Source of the DNA: Clostridiales bacterium | Lineage (GTDB): Bacteria; Bacillota; Clostridia; Oscillospirales; Acutalibacteraceae | Length of the DNA stretch: 64,000 nt | Assembly (NCBI GenBank): GCA_012519975.1 | Contig: JAAYPE010000037.1 | Span: forward strand, 5,129 to 69,128 | Direction of reading: 5' to 3' | In this document: piece after piece, positions 10,113 to 20,291 of the stretch | Numbering within the stretch: position 1 is the stretch's first letter | How the letters are laid out: every line of letters begins with the position of its first letter | The notes under the pieces: model-generated | What the model was told of the DNA's origin: nothing | Databases searched by the model: none | What the model saw: only the letters and a program-made list of their open reading frames with translations | Program-made: the position numbers and the translations under genes

Positions 10113-12299
10113 TTATACCCCAGAACGCTCTATATTTAAGACTCCATCTGTCTTTTCTAATTTTTTTATAACACTGTTTAGATGCTCTACACCATTGACA
10201 GTAATTGTCATTGTAATAATACATTTCCCCATTTTGCTCTGCCTAGTATTAAGAGAATGTATCATAACGTGCATTGATGCGAGTTGACTGGATAGGTCAG
10301 CAATTAGCCCTATTCTGTCAATGCAATCAATAGACAGCGTAGATTTAAAGTTTTCTTTCACTTCTTTATCCCATTTAACATTTATCCAACGCTCTGGCTC
10401 ATTTGCAAGTGGAATATATTTAGGTACATTATTGCAGTCACGCTTATGAATTGAAACTCCGTGCCCACGAGTAATAAACCCAATTATATCATCTCCAGGC
10501 AATGGATTACAACACCGTGAAAACTTTACAAGGCAATTGTCAACACCTTCAACAATAACACCCTCACTGCTTCGTGATGGTAACTCTTTTACAATATTAA
10601 TTTCGGGTTTTTCACTAGCTTTTAATATTTTATAGTAATCTTCTTTTATCAATGGCATAAGGCGATTAATTGAAATGCTTCCATAGCCAATTGCAGCGTA
10701 AAAATCATCCATTGATTTGCATTTTTGTCGTTCTGACAATTTCAATAAAAAGTCATCAAGTTCCTCACCAGAAAGCCTAATATTATTACGCCTAAACTCT
10801 CTTTCAAGCTCTGCCTTACCCTCAACAATATTCTCAGCTCTACGCTCTTTTTTAAACCAATTTCTAATTTTTGACCTTGCGCTACTTGTTGTAACAATCT
10901 TTAGCCAATCTCTGCTAGGACCTTTGTTTGCCGATGTAAGTACTTCAACAATCTGGCCAGTTTTCACCTTATAATCTATCGGAACTATTCGCCCGTCAAC
11001 CTTTGCACCAACCATATGGTTGCCAACCTCAGAGTGTATTGCATAAGCAAAGTCAATCACAGTAGCTCCTGCTGGAATATTTATAACATCGCCCTTAGGA
11101 GTGAACACAAAAACATCATCAGGCACAAAATCACTTTTTATCGTCCTTACTATGTCCTCTACATCTTCTGAGTCATTTTGACTCTCTAGCAACTGGCGAA
11201 TCCAAGACAAACGCTCCTCAAATTTAGAGCTGTCATTTGCTCCAAGCTTATACTTCCAGTGGGCTGCGATTCCATATTCTGCTGTGTAATGCATTTCCCA
11301 AGTTCTGATTTGAACCTCAAATGGAACACCACCCTCACCAATAACGGTGGTGTGCAACGACTGATACATATTTGATTTTGGCGTTGATATATAATCTTTA
11401 AATCTGCCCGGCAAAGAATGAAACATATCGTGTATTATTCCAAGACAATTATAGCAATCTATAACTGTTTCAACTATAATTCTGACTGCGTAGATATCAT
11501 ATATCTCGTCAAAATCACGATTTTGAAAATACATTTTTCGATATATTCCGTGTATACTTTTTACCCTTCCATCAATGTGGGCACCTGGCACGGTTTCGTC
11601 AATGCGTGTTTGAATTTTTTGCATTGTATCAGATATAAAATTCTCGTTTGAACTCTTTGATATTTCAAGAGATTCACCGATTTCTTTATAAGCTATTGGG
11701 TCCAAATAGCTAATTGCTAAGTCTTCCAACTCTTCTTTAATTGCACGAATTCCAAGCCTGTGTGCTATTGGGGCATAAATCTCTAAAGTTTCGAGTGCTT
11801 TATCTCTTTGCTTTTGGTCACGCATAAAGTCCAATGTTCGCATATTATGAAGTCTGTCAGCGAGCTTAATAATTATTACCCTTATGTCAACAGACATTGC
11901 AAGCAGCATTTTACGAATATTTTCTGCTTGTTGCTCCTCTTTTGTTGAAAGGGGTACTTTTCCAAGCTTTGTTACACCGTCAACAAGCGTTGCAACCTCT
12001 TCGCCAAACATTTCCTCTATTTTGTTTAACCCTATTGCTGTATCCTCTACGGTATCGTGCAAAAGGGCAACAATTATTGAAACTGAATCCATACCAAGGT
12101 CTAACAATATTTTTGCTACGGCTATCGGATGAACAATATAAGGCTGACCTGAATAACGAAGTTGCCCATAATGTGCATCGTTTGCAACATTATAAGCCTT
12201 GTCAATAGCTTCAACTTCCTGTGCTGAAAATTGCTCTACTATTAATTTTCTCAGTTCAACATAAAAATCATCAAAGTTATTATCTATTTTATTATCCAT
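10113..12299 (-). CDS. relA: bifunctional (p)ppGpp synthetase/hydrolase RelA/SpoT
   Basis: HD domain (HDTVEDT), synthetase, TGS and ACT regions. I prefer the ATG at 12299 (AGAGG RBS) over the TTG at 12323. Confidence 0.95.
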   Translation of the reverse strand: MDNKIDNNFDDFYVELRKLIVEQFSAQEVEAIDKAYNVANDAHYGQLRYSGQPYIVHPIAVAKILLDLGMDSVSIIVALLHDTVEDTAIGLNKIEEMFGEEVATLVDGVTKLGKVPLSTKEEQQAENIRKMLLAMSVDIRVIIIKLADRLHNMRTLDFMRDQKQRDKALETLEIYAPIAHRLGIRAIKEELEDLAISYLDPIAYKEIGESLEISKSSNENFISDTMQKIQTRIDETVPGAHIDGRVKSIHGIYRKMYFQNRDFDEIYDIYAVRIIVETVIDCYNCLGIIHDMFHSLPGRFKDYISTPKSNMYQSLHTTVIGEGGVPFEVQIRTWEMHYTAEYGIAAHWKYKLGANDSSKFEERLSWIRQLLESQNDSEDVEDIVRTIKSDFVPDDVFVFTPKGDVINIPAGATVIDFAYAIHSEVGNHMVGAKVDGRIVPIDYKVKTGQIVEVLTSANKGPSRDWLKIVTTSSARSKIRNWFKKERRAENIVEGKAELEREFRRNNIRLSGEELDDFLLKLSERQKCKSMDDFYAAIGYGSISINRLMPLIKEDYYKILKASEKPEINIVKELPSRSSEGVIVEGVDNCLVKFSRCCNPLPGDDIIGFITRGHGVSIHKRDCNNVPKYIPLANEPERWINVKWDKEVKENFKSTLSIDCIDRIGLIADLSSQLASMHVMIHSLNTRQSKMGKCIITMTITVNGVEHLNSVIKKLEKTDGVLNIERSGV

Positions 12300-12332
12300 A
12301 GCAAAGACCTCTTTCAAAAGCAAACTTATTCA

Positions 12333-14393
12333 TTAACACTGTTTTGATATAGATTTAAGAATTGAAGAGTTATCAAGACTTGTCTTTTGCACATCATCAG
12401 GTATAACTATACTACCTTTTTCGTTTACGCATAAAAGATCAAGTTCTTTAAAAACTTCAACTGCAACAGCGGTTCTACAATAATTGTTATCGTTGTTTTT
12501 TATTCTTTTCCATAAAATCTCTAATGAATATCTCCAGTTACCATTTTGCTTTATAAATTTGTATATATCTGCAAACAATTCTCTTGACGGCAAAGCATAC
12601 ATAGCTTCTTGTTGTGAAAGCTGTTCTTGCCTACAGATTTTTTCAAAAACTCTAATTCCTTTAACCATTTCCTCATCATCAGTTTCAAACAATCTAATAT
12701 CTTTTAAAAACAAAGATACCCTAAGCTCTCCCAAAAATTCGTTTCGCTCTATGCTTACAACGGTGTCAACAATGTCACCTTGTTTGAAAGGAAAATCTAC
12801 TGCAGATATGCCAAATTTCATAACACATACTGACTTTTCTCTGCCGTACTTATGCATATTAATTTTTAGATGTTGCTTTTTGTCTCCAACTGGAACAATC
12901 GAATCAATCACCATTTCATAAAGCCCAAAAACAGGTGCTCTATTGCCTGCCCCAAATGGCTCTAGCATATGTAATGAGTCCAAAATATCAACATCTATAA
13001 ACTCTGGATTAATTTTGCAATCAATATCTAAAACAGGATATGGCATTTCAGTATTTTTTGCATATTCATTTATTGCTTTTCTAAAACTTTCAATATTGTC
13101 CGTCTTTATAGTAAATCCGGCAGCAAGGCTATGTCCACCAAATATTTCTAAATTATCTTTAACAGCATACAACGCATCGTAAAGTGAAAAACCTTCTATA
13201 CTTCTTCCAGAAGCTTTAGAAACATCTCCATCGCTTGATATCACTATGCAAGGTCTTGAATATTTTTCAAGCAATCTTGAGGCTACAATTCCGATGACGC
13301 CATCATGCCAACCCTCACCATTTACAACAAGTATACGGTCATAACGCATTTGTGGACAATCGTTTATTTGTTTCTCAACGCTATCTAAAATATCTTTTTC
13401 TATCTCTTGGCGCAACGCATTTGCGTGGTCAATTTCAAACGCAATATCAGCTGCATTATCTGCATCTTCGCATAAAAGGAGATTTAAAGCTCTATCGGCG
13501 CTCCCCATTCGTCCAGCGGCGTTAATTCTAGGAGCAATTCCGAATGCTATACCGCTTGACAGAATTTGTTTATCTGCAAGGCCTGCAAAATGTGCAATGG
13601 CTTGAACGCCAAATCGTTCTCTGCGGTTAATTAGTCGTAGCCCTTGCTTTACAAGTTTTCGATTCTCACCAACAATTGGAACAACATCGGCTACAGTGCC
13701 AATAGCAACAAAATCAGCAAAATGCATTAACAGTTCATCAGGCCTGCCACCTTCAATAGCACTCACAAGCTTAAAAGCAACTCCAACACCTGCAAAATCT
13801 TTAAATGTGCTTTTACAATCTTTTCTATGTGGGTCAACAACTGCAACTGCATTTGGTAGCACATCGCCCGGTATATGATGGTCGGTAACTATTACATCTA
13901 TTCCAAGCTCGTTTGCATAATCAATTTCATCAATCGCACTAATACCATTGTCAACTGTAACAATAAGCTTAGAGCCATTTTCATTTAGTTCGTCAATAAT
14001 TTGCTTGCTAAGCCCATACCCCTGCGTTCTTCTATTTGGCAAATAATAAAAAACATCAGCACCTTGCGCATCAAGGTATGAATATAAAATTGCTGTGGCA
14101 GTAACACCATCAGCATCATAGTCACCAAATACGGCTATTCGTTCAAAATCAAATATTGCCTTGTTAATTCTATCAACGGCTTTGTCCATATCTTTTATCT
14201 CAAATGGGTCTGATATTGCAGAAACAGAACCAAAAAACTCTTCAACATCTTCATCCTCAAAAATATTTCTTGAGACAAGTAACAAAGCTGCAAATGCATC
14301 TATATTATATTTTTCGGCAATTTGTGCCGCTTTTTCTTTATTAACTTTTGATACACTCCATTTTTTACGGCTCAATATAACCAGTCCCTTCAA
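12333..14393 (-). CDS. recJ: single-stranded-DNA-specific exonuclease RecJ
   Basis: DHH motifs (GDYDADGV, DNGI, TDHH) and a DHHA1 domain. TTG start is uncertain. Confidence 0.9.
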   Translation of the reverse strand: MKGLVILSRKKWSVSKVNKEKAAQIAEKYNIDAFAALLLVSRNIFEDEDVEEFFGSVSAISDPFEIKDMDKAVDRINKAIFDFERIAVFGDYDADGVTATAILYSYLDAQGADVFYYLPNRRTQGYGLSKQIIDELNENGSKLIVTVDNGISAIDEIDYANELGIDVIVTDHHIPGDVLPNAVAVVDPHRKDCKSTFKDFAGVGVAFKLVSAIEGGRPDELLMHFADFVAIGTVADVVPIVGENRKLVKQGLRLINRRERFGVQAIAHFAGLADKQILSSGIAFGIAPRINAAGRMGSADRALNLLLCEDADNAADIAFEIDHANALRQEIEKDILDSVEKQINDCPQMRYDRILVVNGEGWHDGVIGIVASRLLEKYSRPCIVISSDGDVSKASGRSIEGFSLYDALYAVKDNLEIFGGHSLAAGFTIKTDNIESFRKAINEYAKNTEMPYPVLDIDCKINPEFIDVDILDSLHMLEPFGAGNRAPVFGLYEMVIDSIVPVGDKKQHLKINMHKYGREKSVCVMKFGISAVDFPFKQGDIVDTVVSIERNEFLGELRVSLFLKDIRLFETDDEEMVKGIRVFEKICRQEQLSQQEAMYALPSRELFADIYKFIKQNGNWRYSLEILWKRIKNNDNNYCRTAVAVEVFKELDLLCVNEKGSIVIPDDVQKTSLDNSSILKSISKQC

Positions 14394-14547
14394 AAACTAT
14401 AATATTTTATCATTTTTTACAAAGTTATTCAATAGAAATATGGTTAATTAATATATAGACTATATTTATTAACCATATTTTTGCAATACATTTTAATAAT
14501 ATTTTATATTATTATTGCTAATCCTAAATTTTGGAGTGATTAGTAAT

Positions 14548-14979
14548 ATGAAAAAAGTTTATGAATATATTATAATTTTTTCTGCAGGGGCAATTTGCTA
14601 CAGTTTAATTGAGGTTTTGTGGAGAGGTTTTACACACTGGACAATGGCAATTACCGGTGGGGTTGCTCTTTTAACAATATATATATTAAACACTAAAATA
14701 ATTAGCGGTACTCTTTACAAAAGGTGCCTAATCGGTAGCTTTGCGATTACTTTAATTGAATTTGTTGTTGGTTTTTTTGTTAATATAATTTACAAAATGA
14801 ATGTTTGGAATTATTCAAAAATCCCTTTTCATATATTAGGTCAAGTCTGCCCTCGATTTACTTTTTTTTGGTTTTTACTCTGTTTTCCGGCAACATCTTT
14901 TTGCTTATTCATTTATAAAAAAATTTTTAGCAAGCCTAAAAAAGATAACATTTATTCGTTTTATCAAAAAGAGCCATGA
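14548..14979 (+). CDS. small polytopic membrane protein (putative ABC-transporter type IV-like family)
   Basis: Four predicted TM helices. ATG at 14548 with GGAG upstream. Family assignment is tentative. Confidence 0.55.
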   Translation: MKKVYEYIIIFSAGAICYSLIEVLWRGFTHWTMAITGGVALLTIYILNTKIISGTLYKRCLIGSFAITLIEFVVGFFVNIIYKMNVWNYSKIPFHILGQVCPRFTFFWFLLCFPATSFCLFIYKKIFSKPKKDNIYSFYQKEP

Positions 14980-15014
14980 GTAAAACTCACAGCTCTTCTT
15001 TCTGTTTTTAGCGT

Positions 15015-16933
15015 TTAATCGTTTTTCTTCTTTTTAGTTTTAACTTTTTTAACTATAAATACTACAACAACAGTAACAATAGCTATAAACAGAATTACCA
15101 CTGCTAAAACTGCAAAGAAAATTTTGTTTGGATTTTTAACTAATTTTATAATGTTTTTGCTATCATCCACAACTTTTCTATTTTCTGCTTTTGAATATTT
15201 TGCTGGAATTGTTGGAACACCGTCAACCTCATCAAATGACTGCAAGTATGATGCAAATGCATACCAAGCTTTTACTTCGCTTCCTTTTTGATCATAAATT
15301 ACTATCTTATTAAAATCTTTTATCGGATTTCCCTTTGCGTCTTTTGGTATTATCGAAAGAATTCCTTTAGATTGCTCCATTACAGCACCAAGCATTTGTG
15401 CCGAATACAAATCTCCAACAACTCTGTAAAGTTTATCGTCCTCGAGTTGTTTTAGCTCGCCTTTTTCAGTTTTAAGTTTTACATCTGTAACCCTGTTTAA
15501 AATTATTCTATTAGGGTTAAAGGTATATTGAAGTCCTGAACAATATAATTGTGCAGCGGACATAAGTGATGTTATTGATGCATCTACCTCTGCGGTTGTT
15601 TTTAGCTCTTTACCTGTAAGGTAAATGCTTGCTAATGGATAACCTGGAACACCGTCTGGGCCAATTCCAAGAGATAAAACCTCATATGCGTTTGAAATTG
15701 TTATAGGTCCTTTTGCAAAGTTTGAGCGTACAACTCCAACTGGCACTAACGCTACATCAACTGGAACATAGTTTTCTCCCTCTGCTTGCTTTACAGAATA
15801 AATAAATGAGTCTGAAATTAAGTTGCCTAATGCTTGATCAACATGATTTTCATTCATAACACGAATATCCGGGTAGTCATAAGGGCTATTTGCAATGACT
15901 TGTGAATAGTTTTCAAACCCATAGCCTTTTAAGAATTCATCTACCAAAGTTCTGTACTCTTCTACTTTTCCTAGAAACTCTTCATCTGCTTTAATTTTAT
16001 TGTCTACAGGTATAAGTTTATAATCTTTTAAATCCCATGTTCCATCACCATTTTGCTTAAGGTCAATTTTACCCATATTCTGACCATACTCACCACAGCA
16101 ACCAATTATTGTTTTTCCAACAACTATTGGCTCTTTAAGTGTTGAGTGTGTATGTCCACTGATGATAACGTCTATTTGAGGAACAGCTTTAGCTAAAAGC
16201 TCATCTTCTGATTTTTTAGAATCATCTGATATACCGCTATGTGAAAGACAAACAATTATGTCTGGATTTTCTTCTTTTTCAATCTTGCTTACTGTTTCTT
16301 TTGCTGTTTCAATAAAATCTTTCCACGAAACACCACTGTTTGGAGCGCACGCAATTGAATCAATGCCCATTCCGCCGAATATTGCTATTTTTACATTACC
16401 CTTCGTAACAATTGTATAATCATTAACTCCGTAATTATCCATTGCTTTTTTCAAATCAATTGCATGTTCATCTGAGGAGTTGTTCCAATCAATATTTGTA
16501 CTAACTATTTCTGGCAAAGGATCGTTACTTTTTTTTGCAACTGTTAACATTTTTGCAAGACCCTGGCTTGAATAATCAAACTCGTGGTTGCCAAATGTTA
16601 TTGCGTCATATCCTAACTGACCCAGCATTCTAAGCTCTATTGCGGCCTCTGAGAAAACTGTCTGAAACAGTGTACCCATTGAGAAGTCGCCACCATCAAC
16701 AACTAATGTATTCTTGCTATTCGCTTTTACATCATCAATAATGGTTTTGATTTTTGCAAAGCCCCCAACTTCAACAGTTTTTCCATCCGACTTATATTCC
16801 CTAGTGTCAATATAAGAGTGCAAGTCGTGTGAAAAAACAACTGTTAACTCTTTTTGATTTGCGCTCGATGCAGGTAACATAAATATCGAACAAAAAATCA
16901 AAAGTGATAAAAAGATTGATAATTTTTTTTCAT
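15015..16933 (-). CDS. bifunctional metallophosphatase/5'-nucleotidase, C-terminally membrane-anchored; frame broken in the signal-peptide codons by a homopolymer
   Basis: GNHEFD and GHTH metallophosphatase motifs with a C-terminal TM helix and poly-K. The body ORF (15015..16901) starts at a TTG with no RBS. The RBS+ATG at 16933 is out of frame by one nt across the T8 run at 16923..16930. Confidence 0.8.
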
Positions 16934-17340
16934 TTAAATTCTCCTGTTCCTTTTTCTTATCTATCTTTTTTCTATTATATTTTATTGTAATATGTATTTA
17001 TATATCCAAAAAATATAATAAAAAATTTATATAAAGCAGATTTCTCTGCAAATATTACAAACTCCATATTGTTTGTGTGAGTAAAAAACAATATGGAATT
17101 TAAACGCAAATTTATTTTAGATATTTTTCTTCTTTAACTTCCTTATTTTAACACATATTTATTGAAAATTCAAATAAAAAAGTAAAATTGTATATTTATA
17201 TTTATGAAAATAGAAAACTTTTATTGTTTTTACACCTTTTAATACAATATAGCTTGATTTAGTTGTTCGGATGTGTTAACATTTTAATATATTGTGTATA
17301 AAAAAAATAGATAAAATATATTTTAATTGGAGGAATTACA

Positions 17341-18402
17341 ATGCAAAAATATCCTGATTTTATTTCTGAAAAGAGAAGGCCTATTCCTACGCCACCAAGA
17401 CTTGTTGAAAATGGAAGGGCAATTTTTGGAACATTTGATAAGCCTTTTGAGACAATGAACTTTCTTGATTGCGTCAATCCTATAGGTCCTAATGTTCCAA
17501 ATGTTTTTAACAAACTTAGGCTAACACAATGGCAAGCATTTGAAATTATGCTTGATGAAGGTGCACTTGTTTCTGCCGTTTATAATCTTGGTGCTGTTGG
17601 ATTTAGTATTTTTGTTTTTCACGACAAGAGAACCAAAAAAACATATAGCTGGGTAAATCCTTCAACTGGTTCAAAATCTAAAGTTGCTCCAAATTTGATA
17701 AACAGTGTTACAGAGCTTATGACATCTAATTCATACTTGATTTTAGACAATCAATTTCAAGATGGAATATGCCACGGAAAGGGAAAATCACGCAACAAAA
17801 AATCAGGAGAAATTGATTTTGATTTAAAGATTACAAGCCTCGCTCCTCCTGCTGTTGGAGTAATGCCTATGGGTGAGAATAAACCTCTATATTCACAAAA
17901 AGAATTTTTTAAGGCTGAGGGATATTTAAAGATAAATGGTGAAACTTTTAAAACAAACGAAAGGTCAACTGCAATTGTTGATGACCATAGGGGCTTTTAT
18001 TCTTATAAAATGTATTATCATTGGTTGACAACAATGGGAAAAACCACTATTAATGGCAAAGAGCAATATCTAGGTTTTAACCTTACTCGAAATCAAACTA
18101 CATCACAAGATGATTACAACGAAAATGTTTTGTGGCTTGAAAACTATAGTTGCCCACTACCGCCTGTTCATTTTACCCACATTACAAGCACAAAATGGAC
18201 AGTAAAAGATGAATACGGTATGGTTGATATTGAGTTTGATATTGATGACGACTTTCAAATTCAAGTTCATTTAGGACTTATTGACATTGACTATTCGCTA
18301 CCATTTGGAAAAATCAAAGGTTATGTAAAGGATGTTGAAGGCAATAAGTATATCCTTGATGGAATGTCTGGAATTGGTGAAGACAGGTCTCAAAAAATCT
18401 AG
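17341..18402 (+). CDS. hypothetical protein (possibly DUF2804-like)
   Basis: 353-aa ORF with a GGAGG RBS 7 nt upstream. The family call is from memory only. Confidence 0.6.
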   Translation: MQKYPDFISEKRRPIPTPPRLVENGRAIFGTFDKPFETMNFLDCVNPIGPNVPNVFNKLRLTQWQAFEIMLDEGALVSAVYNLGAVGFSIFVFHDKRTKKTYSWVNPSTGSKSKVAPNLINSVTELMTSNSYLILDNQFQDGICHGKGKSRNKKSGEIDFDLKITSLAPPAVGVMPMGENKPLYSQKEFFKAEGYLKINGETFKTNERSTAIVDDHRGFYSYKMYYHWLTTMGKTTINGKEQYLGFNLTRNQTTSQDDYNENVLWLENYSCPLPPVHFTHITSTKWTVKDEYGMVDIEFDIDDDFQIQVHLGLIDIDYSLPFGKIKGYVKDVEGNKYILDGMSGIGEDRSQKI

Positions 18403-18423
18403 TTTTTTGATGTATTAATTTAA

Positions 18424-18459
18424 AAAACTATCCGTGGCATTTGCTGGCGGATAGTTTTT
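18424..18459 (+). terminator. intrinsic terminator
   Basis: AAACTATCCG pairs with CGGATAGTTT and is followed by a T-run. Confidence 0.8.
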
Positions 18460-18665
18460 AGATTCATTTTAATCATTTTTTATATACAATTTAGTTGATC
18501 GTTAAGTTGTTTTAAGTTCATCAAAACATAAACAATGTAGGGTTTTGATATTTTATTTTGTTAAAATTTTAACACCATGTTAAACAAGCAGTGTATCTAT
18601 TTCTGCTTTAAATTTAGAATGAATGTGAGGAGACGAAATGGCACCAAGAAAAAAGATTGTAAAGC

Positions 18666-20291
18666 TTGCTAAAAAAAATTAGTGGAGCTACTGCAATGAT
18701 GTTTAAAATCGATGAAAATGCACCAGAATATTATGTTCTAGAATGCTGTGTCACCGATGAGATGGCTGATGTTGGTCTTGCTATGGAGCTTAGAAAACCA
18801 CAAACCATTGAACAAATTGCAAAAAAATGCGGAAAGCCAGTTGATGAAACACAAAAACTAGCAATGGAACTTGCTGAAGTTGGAGGTTGTATTTTCTATT
18901 CTGAAAACGGAATAGATTTATTTGAGCTAACTGTTTTTATGCCTGGAGTTATGGAAAAGGTTGTAAGTAACAAAGAACTGTGTGAGAAATACCCTCAAAT
19001 CGGAAAGGCTTTTGAAGAATATGCAAGGCTTAGAGGTGGCACACTCTCTCCCAAAATGCCTATAGGTATGGGGCCAATGCGTGTTTTACCTGTTAGCAAG
19101 TCACTTGATGGTGAAACACGAATTGCATCTTACGAAGAAATTGAAGCTATTTTAAACGAGCATACTGTATTTGCCGTTGCTGATTGTTCTTGCCGTAGGT
19201 CAAGGCGAGTTTTAGGCGAAGGTTGCGGTCATCTTGAAAAAGATATATGTATTCAACTTGGAAAAGGCGCAGAATACTATGTTCGCACCGGTAAAGCAAG
19301 ATACATAACACGAGAAGAAACATTTGAAATCATTAAAAACGCTGAAGAAAATAGACTTATGCACTGTGTTCCTAATATTGATGGTGAAGAAACACACGCA
19401 ATTTGCAATTGCTGCTCGTGTTCTTGCTACGCTTTAAGAAACGCTATTTATTTTAATTCTCCTGATATGGTTCGTTCAAATTATGTTGCACAAGTTGACA
19501 AAGATAATTGTGTAGCTTGCGGTCAATGCGTTGAAAATTGTCCAATGAACGCACTAAAGTTAGGACAAAAAATTTGCTCAAAAACTCCAATTACTATCGA
19601 GGACTCCCCTTCTCCTAGGGATTATATTTGGAGCAAAAAGAAATGGAATCCCGATTACCGTGATAACAGGGAAGATGTTGTTGAAACTGGCACTTCCCCG
19701 TGCAAAACAGAATGTCCCGCACATATCGCCGTTCAAGGATACATCAAGCTCGCAGCCCAAGGCAACTATATAAAAGCGTTAGAGCTTATTTTTAAAAAAA
19801 ATCCTTTCCCCGCTGTTTGTGGTAGGATTTGCCCAAGAAAATGTGAGTCTGCTTGTACTCGTGGCGATATTGATGAGCCAGTTGCAATTGATGAAATTAA
19901 AAAGTTTATTGCCGACCAAGAGTTAAAGCTTGAAAACCGTTTTGTTCCTAAAAAGAGGTACGACTACGGAAAGCAAATTGCAGTTATAGGAGCAGGTCCT
20001 GCTGGACTTTCGTGTGCATACTTCCTAGCCATTGACGGTTATAAAGTAACAGTTTTTGAAAAACAAGAAAAGCTCGGCGGAATGCTTACTTTTGGTATCC
20101 CCTCTTTTAGACTTGAAAAAGATGTTATTAATGCAGAAATCGACATTCTAAAAGAGCTTGGTGTTGAGTTTAAAACGGGCGTTGAGGTTGGCAAAGATGT
20201 AACAATTAAAGACCTAAGGGCACAAGGGTTTGAGGCATTTTATGTTGCTATTGGTGCTCAGTGTGGAAAAAAAACTTGGCATACAAGGTGA
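18666..20291 (+). CDS. Fe-S flavoprotein, N-terminal part (Cys-rich domain, 4Fe-4S ferredoxin, GltD-like NAD(P)/FAD oxidoreductase); first half of a frame-split gene
   Basis: CVACGQCVENCP, CGRICPRKCESACTRG and the GAGPAGLSCAY dinucleotide fold. Terminates 4 codons after the A8 run at 20267..20274. Start candidates are ATG 18696 or ATG 18638. Confidence 0.8.
   Translation: MLKKISGATAMMFKIDENAPEYYVLECCVTDEMADVGLAMELRKPQTIEQIAKKCGKPVDETQKLAMELAEVGGCIFYSENGIDLFELTVFMPGVMEKVVSNKELCEKYPQIGKAFEEYARLRGGTLSPKMPIGMGPMRVLPVSKSLDGETRIASYEEIEAILNEHTVFAVADCSCRRSRRVLGEGCGHLEKDICIQLGKGAEYYVRTGKARYITREETFEIIKNAEENRLMHCVPNIDGEETHAICNCCSCSCYALRNAIYFNSPDMVRSNYVAQVDKDNCVACGQCVENCPMNALKLGQKICSKTPITIEDSPSPRDYIWSKKKWNPDYRDNREDVVETGTSPCKTECPAHIAVQGYIKLAAQGNYIKALELIFKKNPFPAVCGRICPRKCESACTRGDIDEPVAIDEIKKFIADQELKLENRFVPKKRYDYGKQIAVIGAGPAGLSCAYFLAIDGYKVTVFEKQEKLGGMLTFGIPSFRLEKDVINAEIDILKELGVEFKTGVEVGKDVTIKDLRAQGFEAFYVAIGAQCGKKTWHTR

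Noticed and set aside
17259-17513. 84-aa minus-strand ORF overlapping the start of the gene at 17341
   Set aside because: It overlaps the RBS and 5' end of a better-supported plus-strand gene and extends into AT-rich promoter DNA. No motif was recognised.
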